This document shows, in pieces, positions 49,779 through 61,699 of a stretch of 64,000 bases of DNA (position 1 is its first letter; every line of letters starts with the position of its first letter). Both the position numbers and the translations under genes were made by a program. This DNA comes from Amphiscolops sp. MND2022. Taxonomy: Eukaryota. A model generated the notes under the pieces. It was given only the letters and a program-made list of their open reading frames with translations. It ran no database searches and was not told where the DNA came from. The stretch lies in contig OZ076413.1 in NCBI GenBank assembly GCA_964187785.1, positions 37,944,001-38,008,000 of the forward strand. Reading direction: 5' to 3'.

Positions 49779-50205
49779 TGTTGCGGTGCAATAAAAATAA
49801 GACGGAATTAAAACAAAAAAGACGATTTAGAGTAGCGGTAGCATTGTAGCTTTCCAATCGTAAAATAGGAGTTTCGATTCCCGGGACCGGCAAATATTTG
49901 AGAAATTTCCAAATATTCGAAATATCTTCAGTTTTTGCAAGTATATAATTCAAATAACCTTGATAAATTGCGTAAAAAGGTCTTGCTAGCTTTCGTTTGT
50001 CAATGTTTATTGTTGTTTGATAATATTTACATAATTATTGTTCATTTGTATGCGAAATGTAATAATTCTACCTGTACTTATTTTCATTTTTTGCCTCGAT
50101 TTGTCACCATTTATGGCCGTATCAGAAGAAAGATATTGTTCATCTCTTTCCCCTTTTTCCAAACGAATTCTAGAATAAGCTAGATTTTTATAAAGTGGCT
50201 CTTCA
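49779..50205 (+). repeat. 3' LTR of BEL/Pao #2 with an embedded tRNA-Gly-like segment
   Basis: Starts TGTTGCGG right after the PPT and probably ends GTGGCTCTTCA, where similarity to the 14555 copy stops. Confidence 0.8.
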
Positions 50206-51249
50206 TCAAAACCAGCAGTCTAAGCAGCAATGGCACGGCGCTTCACTTCTGCTTACAAGGCGCTACAAGTGATACAAATGGTTAGAAGTTCGTTGAAAAG
50301 TGAATTAAGAGTAAAATATAGTATCCGGAAGGGCGCCGTCTTAGAAAAGCAAAACTGTTTATTCAGCGTCCACCCCGCGGAATTCGGGAAATAAACTTTT
50401 AACATTTTAATTTATTTTGATGGCAGTGCCCTATGAAAATTTTTACGCTGACTTTTGGCCAGACTATCGAAGTAATTAGGTCACGTCCTGTAGTCTTTCA
50501 TGAAAAAAACACCTTTTACTGTATATTGAGTATACTCAATGACATCAGATACTTTTTTAAAACTCGTGGCGTCATTCGGGGACAAGGGAGGTTTCTTGCT
50601 GACATATCTTACCACCAATTTGAAGTACAGAATAATTCAAAAATATATTCATTGAAAATCTCCTCAAATTCATGCCAAATTGACGAAAACAGCTGTCTTA
50701 GCAGCTGCTCAAGATTTTGAGATTTCCATTGTTAATTGGAATTCTCAATTATTGTGAGTCAAAATTATAATTAAATTTATCAAAATAACAAATAGATCAT
50801 AGCACTTCACTGGTTGACAAGTTGAACTTTTTTTCGTAGGTTTCGAATTTACGAACAAAGAATTGAAAAGATGAAATACTAAAACAAATGGAAAGTTTCC
50901 CGAAGTTTGGAAAAATGCATGACGCAAGACATTTTTTGACGCTGAAACTTCAAGTTTCCCGATAATTAAACACTTCATTCAACAATATACTGAAAGTTCG
51001 ACCTTGTTTTGTTTTGTTCTGCTTTGTTTTCGAGTCTATAAAAGAGGCGAACTCGAGTTTCATGTCTTTTTTGAGAAATAATAATCGGATTTGTGCATAG
51101 ACAATAACCGCGATTTGTTCTTAAAAATACATTTTCAAACTTTTTCCAGAACTTTCGAGTTCAACTGTAAACGATAGTAAAGTTGAGAATGAGCAAAATG
51201 AATCATAACCAAGATAAGCGTGACATGAATAAAATAGAAAACTCGACTA

Positions 51250-53200
51250 CGTAAACGATCAAAGTGTTTATTTGCACTTTCATTGTTCTGCACAAGTTGG
51301 GAGACTCCTGGGCACCCTTCTGTGTGTGGGGGTCGTCAGCCAGCCAGGGATGTTGGATATTGTTCTGTTCCGACCACTGATTGTTCGGCTTGTAGGGCGA
51401 GGTTGCCTGCAGTGATGAGAGGGAGGGGGTGTTCAAATTATATTTGTAAAAATACAGATGCAAATTATACTACATGTGTATTACCGATAGGATAAGTTGA
51501 ATTGGAACACTATCTGGCCTCTAGAAATGATTTATATTGTATATATTATATTTCACGTTCCATAATTTTTGTTCCAACTTTTCCAGGAATAATTAAATTA
51601 GGTTTTTAGTTTTGGTTTTTCTACATTCCAATAACATATATAAGGTAACCTAAATGTTTTTGTAATCCATTGAAGTTAAATTGTCTATGTGCATTTTCAG
51701 AACCAGGGATATAGGGAATTACCCAATTCAAACTAGCTTCCATACATTGTTTTTGATTTTTTCTCATTTTTATAAACAAAAATAATAAAAAGACCATATC
51801 CCAATAATCGCACTGAAACAAGGAAAAATATGAAAGTTTCCACGAAAACATTATTTGAGCACCCGCGCCTGGATTATATCGACCCAATTGGGTTCCCCTT
51901 CGGCTGGCCTGTTGTTAAGATCACCCTTACTAAGTTCGCCCAAAGGGTCATTGACCTCAAACGGACTCGGACTGTAGTTAGTATAGCTGTCAGAAAAAGA
52001 ACCCTCAGGGCGAGGAGCATGGTCTGAAGGTTTATCCAAATTTTGTGCCTGCAGTTTTTGTGATAACAACTTAACACAGATGAAAATGACAGTGGTGCAA
52101 TCATATCCAAATGAAAAATGATAAATAGGCGGACACAAAGTCAATGAGGTCAATATGATCAAAATAAGGTTAGAAACTGGATAGAAAGTAGTCTAAAAAG
52201 TTAAAACCATTGAATTTCAAGACCCTGACGTATTAAAACAATTTACAGAAAACCGACTTTGTTGACAAGATTTTTTTAAAATCCATAAATTCCTCCATAG
52301 AAGAAAGATCTAGATCATAAAAAGTCATGGTTATGTTTGGTGATTGTCATGTCGGATACATGACCGCATTAAATAAATAAAGCAAATGGATAATGAGCAA
52401 ATATGCAATCTCGACATCAACCAATGAAATAAGGGAAAAAGTCATGTGACTTAGATGTTTATTCCAACATAGTCATTCAACGCTGTCGTTAATTCGTTAA
52501 TGATTTTGTTGGCTGTTATTTATTTGGAGTCATTAATTCTCAAGAAACGTTCCAGAAAAGTAGAAAATATGTTTCAGGAATGTGAAAATTGAATATTGTT
52601 GCTTCTATCTCTGGCATAGCAAGTTTTCAGATGATTTAATGTTAATTTGAAGGTTTTTTGTTTAATTTGAAGAAATAACAGCTCCGAATTGTTTCTCGAA
52701 ACGTGCAATTTCCTCTACATTAAACTTGAAACAGAAGTTTGCATATACGTTTCTAAGCCAACCCCAATTATTTTCAGAATAACGTTAACTAAAGTTGACT
52801 CGAAAACAGCAGTAAATCAATTTGACTATGATTCGAATCATAGTCAAATTGATTTACTGCTGTTTTCGGATCCGCAATACAAACTATAGTGGACGTGAAC
52901 TGAACTTATAAGTTGCTAGCACTACCTGTAGCCTCAGAAAGCAGTTGTGTCTAATGGGTTCGTAGGCCCCTCTACATATTTCGCGACTGCTGAAACTCTT
53001 AGTGATGCCGTCACACATTTTTAGGCAGTAATCTGGGATATGCTGATCGGAACAGCACTTGATGACGTTGAAGTTGTTTTTGTGGATGTCGTAGGGAGGC
53101 ACCTCCAGATACGACTTCTTGCTGATCACAGGGGGAATGAGTTGCAGAAAAAGCAGCAACACCGCGCTCATCTGATGATCAATTCTGGTGGGGAAAAACC
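51250..53200 (-). CDS. Probable host gene: secreted Cys-rich protein with a DB-module-like exon
   Basis: Exon ~53200-52925 has an acceptor TTTTGCAG, then MSAVLLLFLQLIPPVISKKS (signal-peptide-like) and 'CCSDQHIPDYCLKMC..C..C', then donor CAG|GTAGTG. Further acceptor-preceded open segments lie at ~52020-51851 and ~51410-51250; the exon joining is unresolved. Confidence 0.5.
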
Positions 53201-54190
53201 TGCAAAATAAATCCAGAAAAATTTCCAGAAAAAAACTCATCTCAAAACGAAGCTCATCAGCTTTTGTTCGGTGAAGACACTTCTGACACTTTTTCTAGAA
53301 CAAAAAAAACTAAAACTTCTACAAAATAGGAGTCGCAGGCTGCCGCCTACAACGGTAATATTCACCAAATCCTAGCTGAAGACAACGTAAAGAACACCCC
53401 ACCAGATATTACCAAATTGAACTGTGCGGAGCTTCGGTCTGTATAGCTACACCAACCCTAGCATTTTTTAGTATTCAAAACTGCATTTTATAAATTAAAG
53501 TATCTTTCTATGCCTGTAAAAATGTTTATATATTGTTGATTAGTAATGTCCTCAATTAATTACGAAATCAATATAAATTAGATTGAATGAATGATTATAT
53601 AGTACGCAGTTTTACTGTAAGAAGAAAACGAGTTCAAGTAATCTACTGCGGTAGATTATTGGACGCGTTGTCCAAATCTCAATCAACCAACGATAGGTGT
53701 GCTACTTTATGTATTTCTGCTGGCCGGAGAGACTAAACGTCCGTCACGGTGTAAGTGTTGAGCTAATTGTTTGTTCTTACATTAACTGACATGTAGTGTT
53801 GCTACCAGTAATATAAACATGTACATAGAGCAAATTAGTCTTTCAGGTAATTTAAGACCCATAGGCTCGGCTGCTTTTCTTCCTTGAATTCATTGATGCT
53901 ATGTATATATCATGAAAATGTGGTGAAGTAATTCGCACGTCACCCCAAGCGTTTGTTTTGTAACTCTAGATAGTAAATTTAGAAGGCTCATGTGCATTAT
54001 TCTGTTTGTCGAGATTCGCTGACTATATATAGCGGGGACTAAACGTCCAAGAGACACAATCTGTTTTACGATACACAAGTCATTAGCTTTCATATCTTCC
54101 ACTACTGCTAAACTACCTCTTTCTTTTGCACCTGTTGATTAATTCAACAACAAAGTTCTGCAATAAACAGTTGAATCAACATTCCCGTGA

Positions 54191-56790
54191 TTGCTTTCCG
54201 CTAGAAAGCAAAAGGCAAGAGGAAAACGCTCTAGACAATCAGACGTGATGTCTGACATGGAAAATGCGGACAATTTGGTCGGAAAATATCAGAGGAATGA
54301 GTTAGACAGTAAATTAGATGAAGATCTTAAGTCTGATGAGCTACAGAGAAACACCAATCTGTATGGTGAAGATTTCAGGACTTCATCGAAAACTAACAGT
54401 AGAGGAACGTGAAATAGCAATTGAGACTGCTAGAATGATCAATACTGAAATTACTGTTGAAATTAGGATGAAACTAGACGAGATTAAACCAGAGCCAAAC
54501 TCTCAACTATTAGGAGTCAGAAACTTGGTGATCACCGAGCAGGTATTGCATCCTATTCCAAATACACTCTGTGTGCAGGGTAGAGGTACGGACACCGGAA
54601 TGGACCGAATGTCCAGTGAAATACACGGGAGCCTCGAAGTTGTGAAAAAGTGGAAAAATGGCTCAAGATCAAACTTTAAACTAAGTAGTCGATGTCACAC
54701 GACTAGGGAGAGTTCAAAAGACCACCAAAGGAGTGAACAGATTTTAACATGGTAACAGGAGCCAACCCTACACCCCGTACGGTACCTGAATTTCTCACCG
54801 GACGACACATGCAACCCCGAGAGAATCTGCAACGCCAAGAGTCGGCACATAACGTGTCGCCGGACACTATTCCTCCAGTCCCAGAGACAACAGCCCAAAA
54901 GATAGCTGCTGACCCCTTCAACAGCCTCGCAGAAGGGTTAGTTGGTATGAAAAACAAAGCATCAGCGCAAACACTAATGGTACACCCAGCCAGCACAAAT
55001 ACACTGCCATTCGACGGAAACAAGAACATATTGAATTGTTGAAAGCTTTTTTTGACACAATGATAAAATAGCAACCTGACTTGCCGGAAATGATGAAAAA
55101 AACATTTTCATTCATTACTACTCAAAAACGCGCTAAAAATTTTCCAGAACATCAATTCAGCAAAAAAGCAAACCTTAGAGGACATCTGGGCTGTAGTCGG
55201 AGGGAAATACGTCAAACCGGAGTCCCAGCTGACTACCAAGCATGAATGGCACAGATTGGTGTTTGACCCAAATACCGAGAAATTACCTGATTTCCTTGAA
55301 CAACTCAATCAAGGCGCCAAAAAAGCGTTCAGTGAAAATGCTCAGGCCATGATTGATAGTTTCCTTTATGCCAAACTTCCACAGAACCTTAAACATTCAG
55401 TCAACATGGTGCGACTAGAAAACAGTTCGTTTGATGAGATTTTCACGCATTTAGAGTTTGAATTGGAAGCTATGGGACTTGGGAAGGAGGAAAAATTCCT
55501 GTCCTAATAATGTCCACAACCCCAACAGCAACAAGACCGTGTATTAGCCTCCTGTCCTCTGATTTTGACCCACGAACCACTTTCATTTACTGCAAGAAAC
55601 CAAGACACGCCAAAGATGTCAAAAATTAATGTAGGAAACTGAAACGAAATGAGGAAAACAATCGCAACGACGGGCAGTCTACCAAAAAGAAACCCCAAAA
55701 TGCCCAACTTGTGACAAAACAAACCACCCGGCGGAACGGTGTTGAAAGGCATAGGACCCATCTTAAGCCCAAAAACCTCAAACTAGATAAACTAAACACT
55801 GATGATGCGTTCACCAGTCACGGTGACGCGGAAAACGAACGAACTACTTCAACTGCAAAAAACCAAAAATATATATTTACCTTGACTCCACATAAATGAA
55901 AAGCTACGCATCAGACAATATATTATCAGACTCTTCAAATTATATCATAGCAAATATTTTTCATGGCTAAAGAAACATCATCAGCTGACTGGCAGCAGCA
56001 GATGGCAACTACACCTACTTACTTGTCCCACTTGGACCATAACTCCAACAAACTACAACCAGATACTTACACCCAACGGCAATACTACACAAAGATAACT
56101 ATAACCCTACTACACTAATCCAGACTGTGGCTTTGACCGCCTACTGGAACGATCACCTGTACAACCAACGTCATTTATATTTCTCTCAATTTCGACAAAC
56201 AGACATGAAATAGAGCCCGATTCGTAGGAGGCTGATCAGAGTGCAAACATGGTCCTCGACAATGCACGAGTAGATACATGGCAAGCTTAACGTAATCCCA
56301 TTTATCCATCAACTCAGAATGAGCCGAACAACGAGATTCACCAAGGGAACTCAGTTCTTTTTAACCGCAGCAGTGGAAGTTCGTTTTGTGAACACGCTGG
56401 AAACGAAAACAGGGGAACCAGACTGTGTCCCACTAACTACCAATCTTGGGCTCGAATCTAAACAGCGAATGCTCTATGGTCCAATGGATTTCATTGAACT
56501 TAGATGGCCTTGTAGACACGAGAGAATTGNNNNNNNNNNNNNNNNNNNNNNNNNNNNNNNNNNNNNNNNNNNNNNNNNNNNNNNNNNNNNNNNNNNNNNN
56601 NNNNNNNNNNNNNNNNNNNNNNNNNNNNNNNNNNNNNNNNNNNNNNNNNNNNNNNNNNNNNNNNNNNNNNNNNNNNNNNNNNNNNNNNNNNNNNNNNNNN
56701 NNNNNNNNNNNNNNNNNNNNNNNNNNNNNAGTACAATGGATTTTGCACCATTGAAAAATGAATTATTCGACACATCGCTAGCCAGAGCCT
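54191..56790 (+). mobile_element. Ty3/Gypsy gag-protease fragment, decayed
   Basis: Gag 'LSARKQKARGKRSRQSDVMSD', 'FDGNKN', 'KYVKPES..KHEWHRLVFDPNTEKLPDFLEQL..LYAKLP'; protease-like 'LDGLVDTR' (DTG degenerate) at the gap edge. Confidence 0.75.
56530..56729. other. Assembly gap (200 N)
   Basis: Run of exactly 200 N, so the true distance is unknown. Confidence 1.
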
Positions 56791-56809
56791 ATCACGTTGT
56801 TTTTAAACT

Positions 56810-57310
56810 TTGATTTTTAGTCCACGCTTCATGAAGTGAAACGCGACTAATATAGTGACTCTTTTTTAAATCCACACAAACTAACGAAAATAGTTCTTCA
56901 AAATTCAACAAAGATTTATGGTGTCCAATTGAACCATTTGGCCTAGCGAACTGAACCAAAAAGGGTATTACTTTTTTCCACGTAAAATACAAATCGAGCG
57001 AAACTGAAAGGTCCCTTTTTCAATTTTTTCGGCATTGTGAGACTTTGTAACAAATTTTTTCCCCAAAGGGTCCCCCTCCAATTTTTTGATGTTTTGCAAT
57101 AATGGATGTTAAGAAATCCGAAAGAGTCCCCCTTTCAGTTTTTTTGGCATTGTGATACTTTTTTGCGACAAAATTTTGTTCGCCAAATGGTCCGCTTCAA
57201 ATTTTTGATGTTTTGCAACAATCGATTCCAAAACAATTGGTTAGGGCCTCCGGCGCCAAGATATTTTTGAGCCCTAAGATATGGCGCCGACCTATGCCGT
57301 TCCCGGCTTT
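56810..57310 (+). mobile_element. Partial MITE copy (family of 4493-5145), right TIR only
   Basis: Body matches 4660-4930 (GCTTCATGAAGTGAAACGCGACT...) and ends GATATGGCGCCGACCTATGCCGTTCCCGGCTT. Confidence 0.75.
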
Positions 57311-60279
57311 TTAAAATACTCAAATGCTTTAATCACTGTTTCTCGAATAGCTCGCTGAATATGACGCTAGTTTGCAATTTAAATGGTGAATGAAGTAAAT
57401 TCTCGATAAAATGGCGGTAAAATTGTAAACATATTTTAGTTGCCTTCAAAATAAGAAATACTTCTTAATGAAACCTGCAAATTTTAAGCGGTTCAAACTG
57501 CCGCCAAATTTAGGATTCGACTGAAGTGAGAAAATCAACAAACAACTACGCTAATAGCCGAGTTTGATTTCATAAAACGCTCACTGAGAATTTTATACTG
57601 AAAGCTTGACTACGAGACTGGAAAAAATGTAATTTCAACCTCACAGCGTCGAAACGTCGCATTTTTCTCAGGGCATGGGATGACACAGGTTTTTTTTGCA
57701 GAACAAATGTGAAATTGATTAGTTTGAGTTGATTATCCTGGTACAAAATTAGAAACTAATCAACAAGAATTCGTTTTTAGTCGGCACGTTTAGTTAAAGC
57801 TAAGTCGCCAAACTTTTACAGTTTTTTTGTTAATTCAAGAGACAAGAACGCGACGGAAACATACGGCCGTTTATACGAAAGTTGCCTCGTTGCACCAGTT
57901 AGCCTAGTGGTTAAACTATCGGCGTAGGCTTACGAATCAGGATAAGTGAGGGTCGTGTTTCCTTCTGTTCTCCTCGGCTTGTTACTCTTACCGTAACAAA
58001 ATGTCAGCGAAATGACCTCTTGGCGTCCTCTAAACTAATCGGACTAAGCGTGCGGTTGTTAAATTACAAAACCAAGCAAATTATAACCAAGTGGTCGATT
58101 TGCGTCGCAAATGTTAAGATTCTTCTCTGTCAAAAGTTACAAATATAAAATTGAATTTTCTGAATAATTTAATATTGTGCAACCAGGTCGAAAAAACAGA
58201 ACTCAAGGAACACCAATTTTTTTGGGTACCGCAATATTTTGATGAGATGTTCTCAAATACAGCTTATCCACCATTTGAACTATTTTCAAGGTTTCTAGCA
58301 TTGATAAGGTTCAAGAAGGCCGCCAATAAACAGCTTTCTTTGGGTTGTTCTTTGATGCTAATCATACGATGCTGACCCTAGTCGAGACTAGTGGACTTTT
58401 TTTTACATGTCGCAGGCCAGCATAGAGAGTATTTCTACAGAACCTGGAAGTTTCAGGTGGTACTTTTTGAAGATATACACTTCATTTTGCACCATTGAAA
58501 TTAAAATTGAAAAAACTTCTAACATCGGTACCGAAAGATCCGAGTTGTTTTCACATTTTGATTTCTCTGCGTACTCATACAATGTAATCACAACTTTCTC
58601 AAATAGCCCGATTAAGATGACGCTAGTTTGTTAATTACGAACGAAGTCAATCCCCAATAGTGTAACGTCAGGCAAAAGACGTTGCAGAAGTTTTTGAAAA
58701 TTTCGATCAAAAATTCGAAATGTGCGACATCAAACAAGCACATTCAAGATGGCCGACCCGGCAGGTACGAAAACCGTAGAGGAAGCAAAAAAAGGCAGAA
58801 CGGTGCCAGACCCAGCCCGAGAGACAGACCTTGTTGTCCCTGATACCCGAAGGAACCCAGAAGAGGCTAGAAAGAACAAAACCACGGGTTGTGTCATACC
58901 CTCAAAGGATGTCCTGGAAGGTCTGAAGGAGATCGACAATTCGACGGTGGTTTGCCCGAAGACTGTGGAAACTGTATGAAAATCAGCATGTTTTATCATT
59001 TTCAGTGCATTGGTAGCTATTGCCCTTTATTTTGCAGATTTATGATGGTTCAGGATCTATTAGATCCCTGTTTTGCCCATTTTAGATCTTATTCACAAAA
59101 TTGATGTACTTTAGCTAAACCTCTGTGTTTTGGCCTCGGAAGTATGTAGGAGATAGCAGGAACGCATTAGGAACCTAGGATACGTTTTTACAGGCTTGTT
59201 GGCCGTGTCCGGACTTTGAGGGTGCCGGCACGTCGCTTCGGAGCTCTAACTAGAGAAGTGCGTCGCTAGCCGGTCGTTACATAGATTGGTTAGATTGGGG
59301 GTGAGAATGACAAAATCATTAATGCATTTAAATATATAACGGCTTCTCAATGAAACCAGCAAAACTTCATTGCTTGAAGCTGCCGCGAAATTTAGGCTTC
59401 TTTCGAGCAGCTTGATAAAAGTCGAACAAATCAAAGAAATATTTTCGCACAAAAGATTTTGTAAAAGTAAAGAAATTCATAATAACTGTTGTTTGCAACA
59501 TTAAAAATTGATGCAAGAAATTCAGAGAATTTCAAAAAGAGAATCTGGGGTTGATGTAACATTTAGTCCATATAATCTATATGAAAACTATATGGCCAAC
59601 GAAAAAAACATTGTTTGATCCTGCTGTGGATGAAATTGTTTTTGATATATGGTCATTATATGAACTAAATGTTTTCTTATATGGTCAATATTTGAACTAG
59701 GTGTTTTGAAAATGGTCATTCTTTTACTTGTATGCTTTCCTTAAAAAGTTCCTAGTTAAATCCGGAAAATTCTTCGGTTGTTAAAGCTGAAGGTGGAACC
59801 AGAGATTACTCCATCTCGACTTCCAGTTTTGACAACGGATATATTGACGATTTATACTGCAAATTTTGAACAAATTTCACAAATGTTCTACTTCTTACTG
59901 CCAAATCCCTTTTTCCGAGACGTTCGTGCTACATACGAAATCATTCATAAATATGTCAGCACCCGATAGTTATGCTCATTTGGCATTCATGGAAAACATT
60001 TAGTCAATAGAAGGACCATGCTATGGCCACTGTAGGATTTGAATGGTTTTTTTCTTGTACGGTCATTGTATGCCTACATATATCACCATGGATGTATGAC
60101 TTTTGATAACCTAGGTGACTTTTGGTTGGAGGAGAGCAACCCGCGTAGCACAACACCTGTTTTTTTGATGGGAGAGAGATAAGAGGGGGAACAAGAGTAG
60201 CTAAAGAAAGGGGTCAATGAAACTTTTTTCAACAAGAATTTTTTGCATTGAACGGCCGAGACCACAATAAACAACTCAT

Positions 60280-60900
60280 ATCCCCGGTTGAAACTGCTTG
60301 AACTTTTAACCTGTTTTTGTAGGTTACCAAGCTAAATTTTCATGATTTTTATAAAATTCTCATGGAGACTTCCATGCAATAAAGTTTCACTGATTCAATT
60401 TAATTTTATCAAGCTGCTTATTGGCGGCAATTCCAAGACACGATGTTTTGCAGGTTTCATCAGGATTCCAATCTAACTTTGGAAACAAATTTGACCTCAA
60501 TAATTTTACCGCAATTTCAATCCAAATAAACTTTAGTAACATTGTAAGTTTCAGAGCAGCGCCATATTTAGCGTGCAATTTGACTAACGGTGATTACATA
60601 AGGTACTTTCTTCGAGAAACTTACGCGTGAAAACAAAGTGATCGCGGCAGTGAAGTAGTGGAAATGTTTTCAGTTTTAATAAAAATAGTAGAAGCTGCAT
60701 TGTAATCCAACAAAATTTCTCCATGACTGCTTCTAGTATTTTTTATGTTTATCAAAAATTTAGAATGCATGCATGGATGCAACATGAAAAACTTTCCGGC
60801 AGGTTCGGCTAGGGATGAGTCTTAGGTTTCCCCAGTTGAAACTGCTGATTTTTACAGAATTTTATTGGCTGCCAAGCACTTCCAGCATGATTTTGAGAGT
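60280..60900. repeat. Copy of the 5570-6360 repeat family
   Basis: TTTTTGTAGGTTACCAAGCTA... matches 5590; ACGCGTGAAAACAAAGTGATCGCGGC is the reverse complement of ~6100-6125. Confidence 0.65.
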
Positions 60901-61699
60901 TCCAGCATGGAGAATCATTAACGCTAAATATTTCCCACATTCAAGGTTATTTTGTCAAGTACTAGGAGTTCTATAGAATTTGGCTGGATTTCAAGAGGAA
61001 AATCGAATTAATACGTTCAGTCGCTTCATTGCAGCGTAAACAAATGCTCTGAAAACTGAAATTGTTTCGGATGGATACTTTTGTTGCACGCAAGCGGTTG
61101 AAAAACTTGTTATTTATCATCGTCCGGGTTTGGGAAAACAAAACTATATATCAAAGTTCTATTGAATTTTTTGGTGAGAACTTTGAGAGCGAAATAATTG
61201 AGTCAGCACTTCAAATTAAATGAAATTTTCATCACCGAAGATCGTAACAAAGACAAAAAACCTGTAAAACAGAATTATTGGAGACTTCTTTCGCTAGCAT
61301 TTTTTGATGACAGAAACATCAAAGTTTTTGGAAAAAGTTGTAATCCAAGAAATTTAGTCAAGTTTCTGGTGATCTTGAGTTTATTTGTGTTCGCCGCTAT
61401 AATCACCATTACGCCGGAATAGGGCCTAAGTCACTGTCTTTTGGTGGAATTTGGCTTCGATTGATAAACAATAGACTATCAAAAATGAGTTGTCTACTGT
61501 TTCCCAAACATTTTTCCAAGTCGTGTTTTTGGCATGCGTTGTTGTAAACTTGATTTTAGGTCGTTTATAAAGATATCTTTCAATTAACTGAAGTTTTGGA
61601 TCTCCTGTGTTTTCGCTTGAAGCTTCGCAGCCACCCGATATGTCTAGTGGTTTGATTTGTCACATACGCGTTTTGGTTTGTCTGTACACAGTCGCATCT

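Larger units (their letters stand above)
42938..50205 (+). mobile_element. BEL/Pao LTR retrotransposon #2 (no adjacent 5' LTR)
   Basis: Degenerate tRNA-Ser-like PBS (TGCCCGTAGTCGGC, 42938-42951), gag-pol, purine-rich GGGCCCGGAGGA at 49767-49778, then a TG...CA LTR. Confidence 0.9.

Noticed and set aside
49821-49892. Functional tRNA genes (also 14600, 17783, 25326, 28320, ~57900)
   Set aside because: A and B boxes are present but the acceptor and anticodon stems do not pair. All are embedded in repeats, so they are treated as tRNA-derived sequence.
56319-56813. ORF-track proteins of 91-164 aa spanning the X run
   Set aside because: They are artefacts of translating through the 200-N gap.
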